A DNA stretch of 401 bases from Escherichia coli (lineage in GTDB: Bacteria; Pseudomonadota; Gammaproteobacteria; Enterobacterales; Enterobacteriaceae): the NCBI RefSeq assembly GCF_003334765.1, contig NZ_QOWT01000126.1. One strand, 5' to 3'. The notes under the pieces were generated by a model. That model had not been told where the DNA came from. It worked only from the letters and a program-made list of their open reading frames with translations, and did no database searches. Positions 1 through 401 of the stretch are shown piece after piece. Positions within the stretch are counted from its first letter, which is position 1; each line of letters starts with the position of its first letter. A program made the translations under genes and the position numbers.

Positions 1-28
1 GGGAACCTGCGGTTGGATCACCTCCTTA
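1..28 (+). rRNA. rrs: 16S ribosomal RNA, 3' terminal fragment (partial; gene begins upstream of the window)
   Basis: Positions 1-28 read GGGAACCTGCGGTTGGATCACCTCCTTA, which I recognise as the canonical 3' end of enterobacterial 16S rRNA (helix 45 / 3' tail). The mature 3' end is placed at A28 from recall of the E. coli sequence. The operon copy cannot be assigned. Confidence 0.93.
20..28 (+). other. anti-Shine-Dalgarno sequence within the 16S rRNA 3' tail
   Basis: ACCTCCTTA at 20-28 contains the CCTCC core that pairs with mRNA Shine-Dalgarno sequences (established knowledge). It is a functional site inside the rRNA, not a separate gene. Confidence 0.85.
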
Positions 29-96
29 CCTTAAAGAAGCGTTCTTTGCAGTGCTCACACAGATTGTCTGATGAAAATGAGCAGTAAAACCTCTAC

Positions 97-172
<76 letters not shown>

Positions 173-173
<1 letters not shown>

Positions 174-191
174 AATTTGCACGGCAAATTT
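173..191 (+). other. perfect hairpin abutting the tRNA-Ile 3' end (8-bp stem, 3-nt loop); candidate tRNA 3' processing structure
   Basis: AAATTTGC (173-180) is the exact reverse complement of GCAAATTT (184-191), with loop ACG (181-183). The first stem base is the terminal A of the tRNA CCA. A processing role is inference. Confidence 0.4.
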
Positions 192-215
192 GAAGAGGTT
201 TTAACTACATGTTAT

Positions 216-291
216 GGGGCTATAGCTCAGCTGGGAGAGCGCCTGCTTTGCACGCAGGAGGTCTGCGGTTCGATCCCGCATAGCTCCACCA
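216..291 (+). tRNA. alaT: tRNA-Ala, anticodon TGC (76 nt, CCA encoded)
   Basis: Manual cloverleaf fold: acceptor stem 216-222 GGGGCTA pairs with 281-287 TAGCTCC and includes the G3-U70 wobble pair (G218 with T285), the classical alanyl-tRNA synthetase identity element; anticodon loop TTTGCAC at 247-253 with anticodon TGC at 249-251; T-arm GGTTCGATCC; discriminator A288; CCA at 289-291. The symbol is given for the paralogue family alaT/alaU/alaV; the specific copy cannot be determined. Confidence 0.96.
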
Positions 292-323
292 TCTCTGTAG
301 TGGTTAAATAAAAAATACTTCAG

Positions 324-345
324 AGTGTACCTGCAAAGGTTCACT
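324..345 (+). promoter_or_regulatory. boxB-like hairpin of the spacer antitermination module
   Basis: AGTGTACC (324-331) pairs with GGTTCACT (338-345) around loop TGCAAA (332-337): 7 of 8 positions pair, with one T-T mismatch at 328/341. It lies just upstream of a boxA-like motif, the arrangement known for rrn antitermination elements. The functional assignment is by position and recall, not by test. Confidence 0.5.
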
Positions 346-354
346 GCGAAGTTT

Positions 355-366
355 TGCTCTTTAAAA
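355..366 (+). promoter_or_regulatory. boxA-like transcription antitermination motif (NusB/NusE binding site in the RNA)
   Basis: TGCTCTTTAAAA at 355-366. The first 10 nt, TGCTCTTTAA, match the rrn boxA consensus as I recall it (TGCTCTTTAACAA), and the position between the spacer tRNAs and 23S agrees with the known spacer boxA of E. coli rrn operons. Confidence 0.65.
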
Positions 367-401
367 ATCTGGATCAAGCTGAAAATTGAAACACTGAACA
401 A

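Noticed and set aside
190-215. Promoter-like hexamers (TTGAAG at 190-195, TGTTAT at 210-215) upstream of tRNA-Ala
   Set aside because: The spacing is about 14 bp, too short for a sigma-70 promoter, and the -10 match is poor. The spacer tRNAs are co-transcribed from the upstream rrn P1/P2 promoters and released by processing, so an internal promoter is not needed or supported.
306-345. Possible intrinsic terminator: A-rich tract 306-317 next to the 324-345 hairpin, which on the minus strand reads as a hairpin followed by a T-rich run
   Set aside because: The stem is short, contains a mismatch and is not GC-rich. There is no minus-strand gene to terminate. On the plus strand the A-tract precedes the hairpin instead of following it as a U-tract. 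The hairpin is better explained as the boxB-like element of the antitermination module.
201-401. 66-aa minus-strand ORF from the supplied six-frame track
   Set aside because: It lies antisense to the whole tRNA-Ala gene (216-291) and the boxB/boxA spacer. It has no start codon inside the window (it is open at the window edge), and its reading frame is explained by the lack of stop codons in structured RNA sequence. A protein gene embedded antisense in a conserved rrn spacer is not credible without independent evidence.

Overview
This window is the 16S-23S internal transcribed spacer (ITS) of an enterobacterial, E. coli-like rRNA operon of the tRNA-Ile/tRNA-Ala spacer type. It holds the last 28 nt of 16S rRNA (1-28), a complete tRNA-Ile(GAT) (97-173), a complete tRNA-Ala(UGC) (216-291), and the distal spacer with a boxB-like hairpin and a boxA antitermination motif (324-366) that runs toward 23S rRNA, which starts beyond the window. 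I see no protein-coding gene; the 66-aa minus-strand ORF in the supplied track lies antisense to tRNA-Ala and the spacer and is almost certainly spurious. I find no evidence for a novel or undescribed system here. This is a highly conserved, well-characterised, multi-copy locus, and the findings below are modest structural observations, not discoveries. The identification rests on recall of canonical sequences and manual cloverleaf folding, not on a database search.
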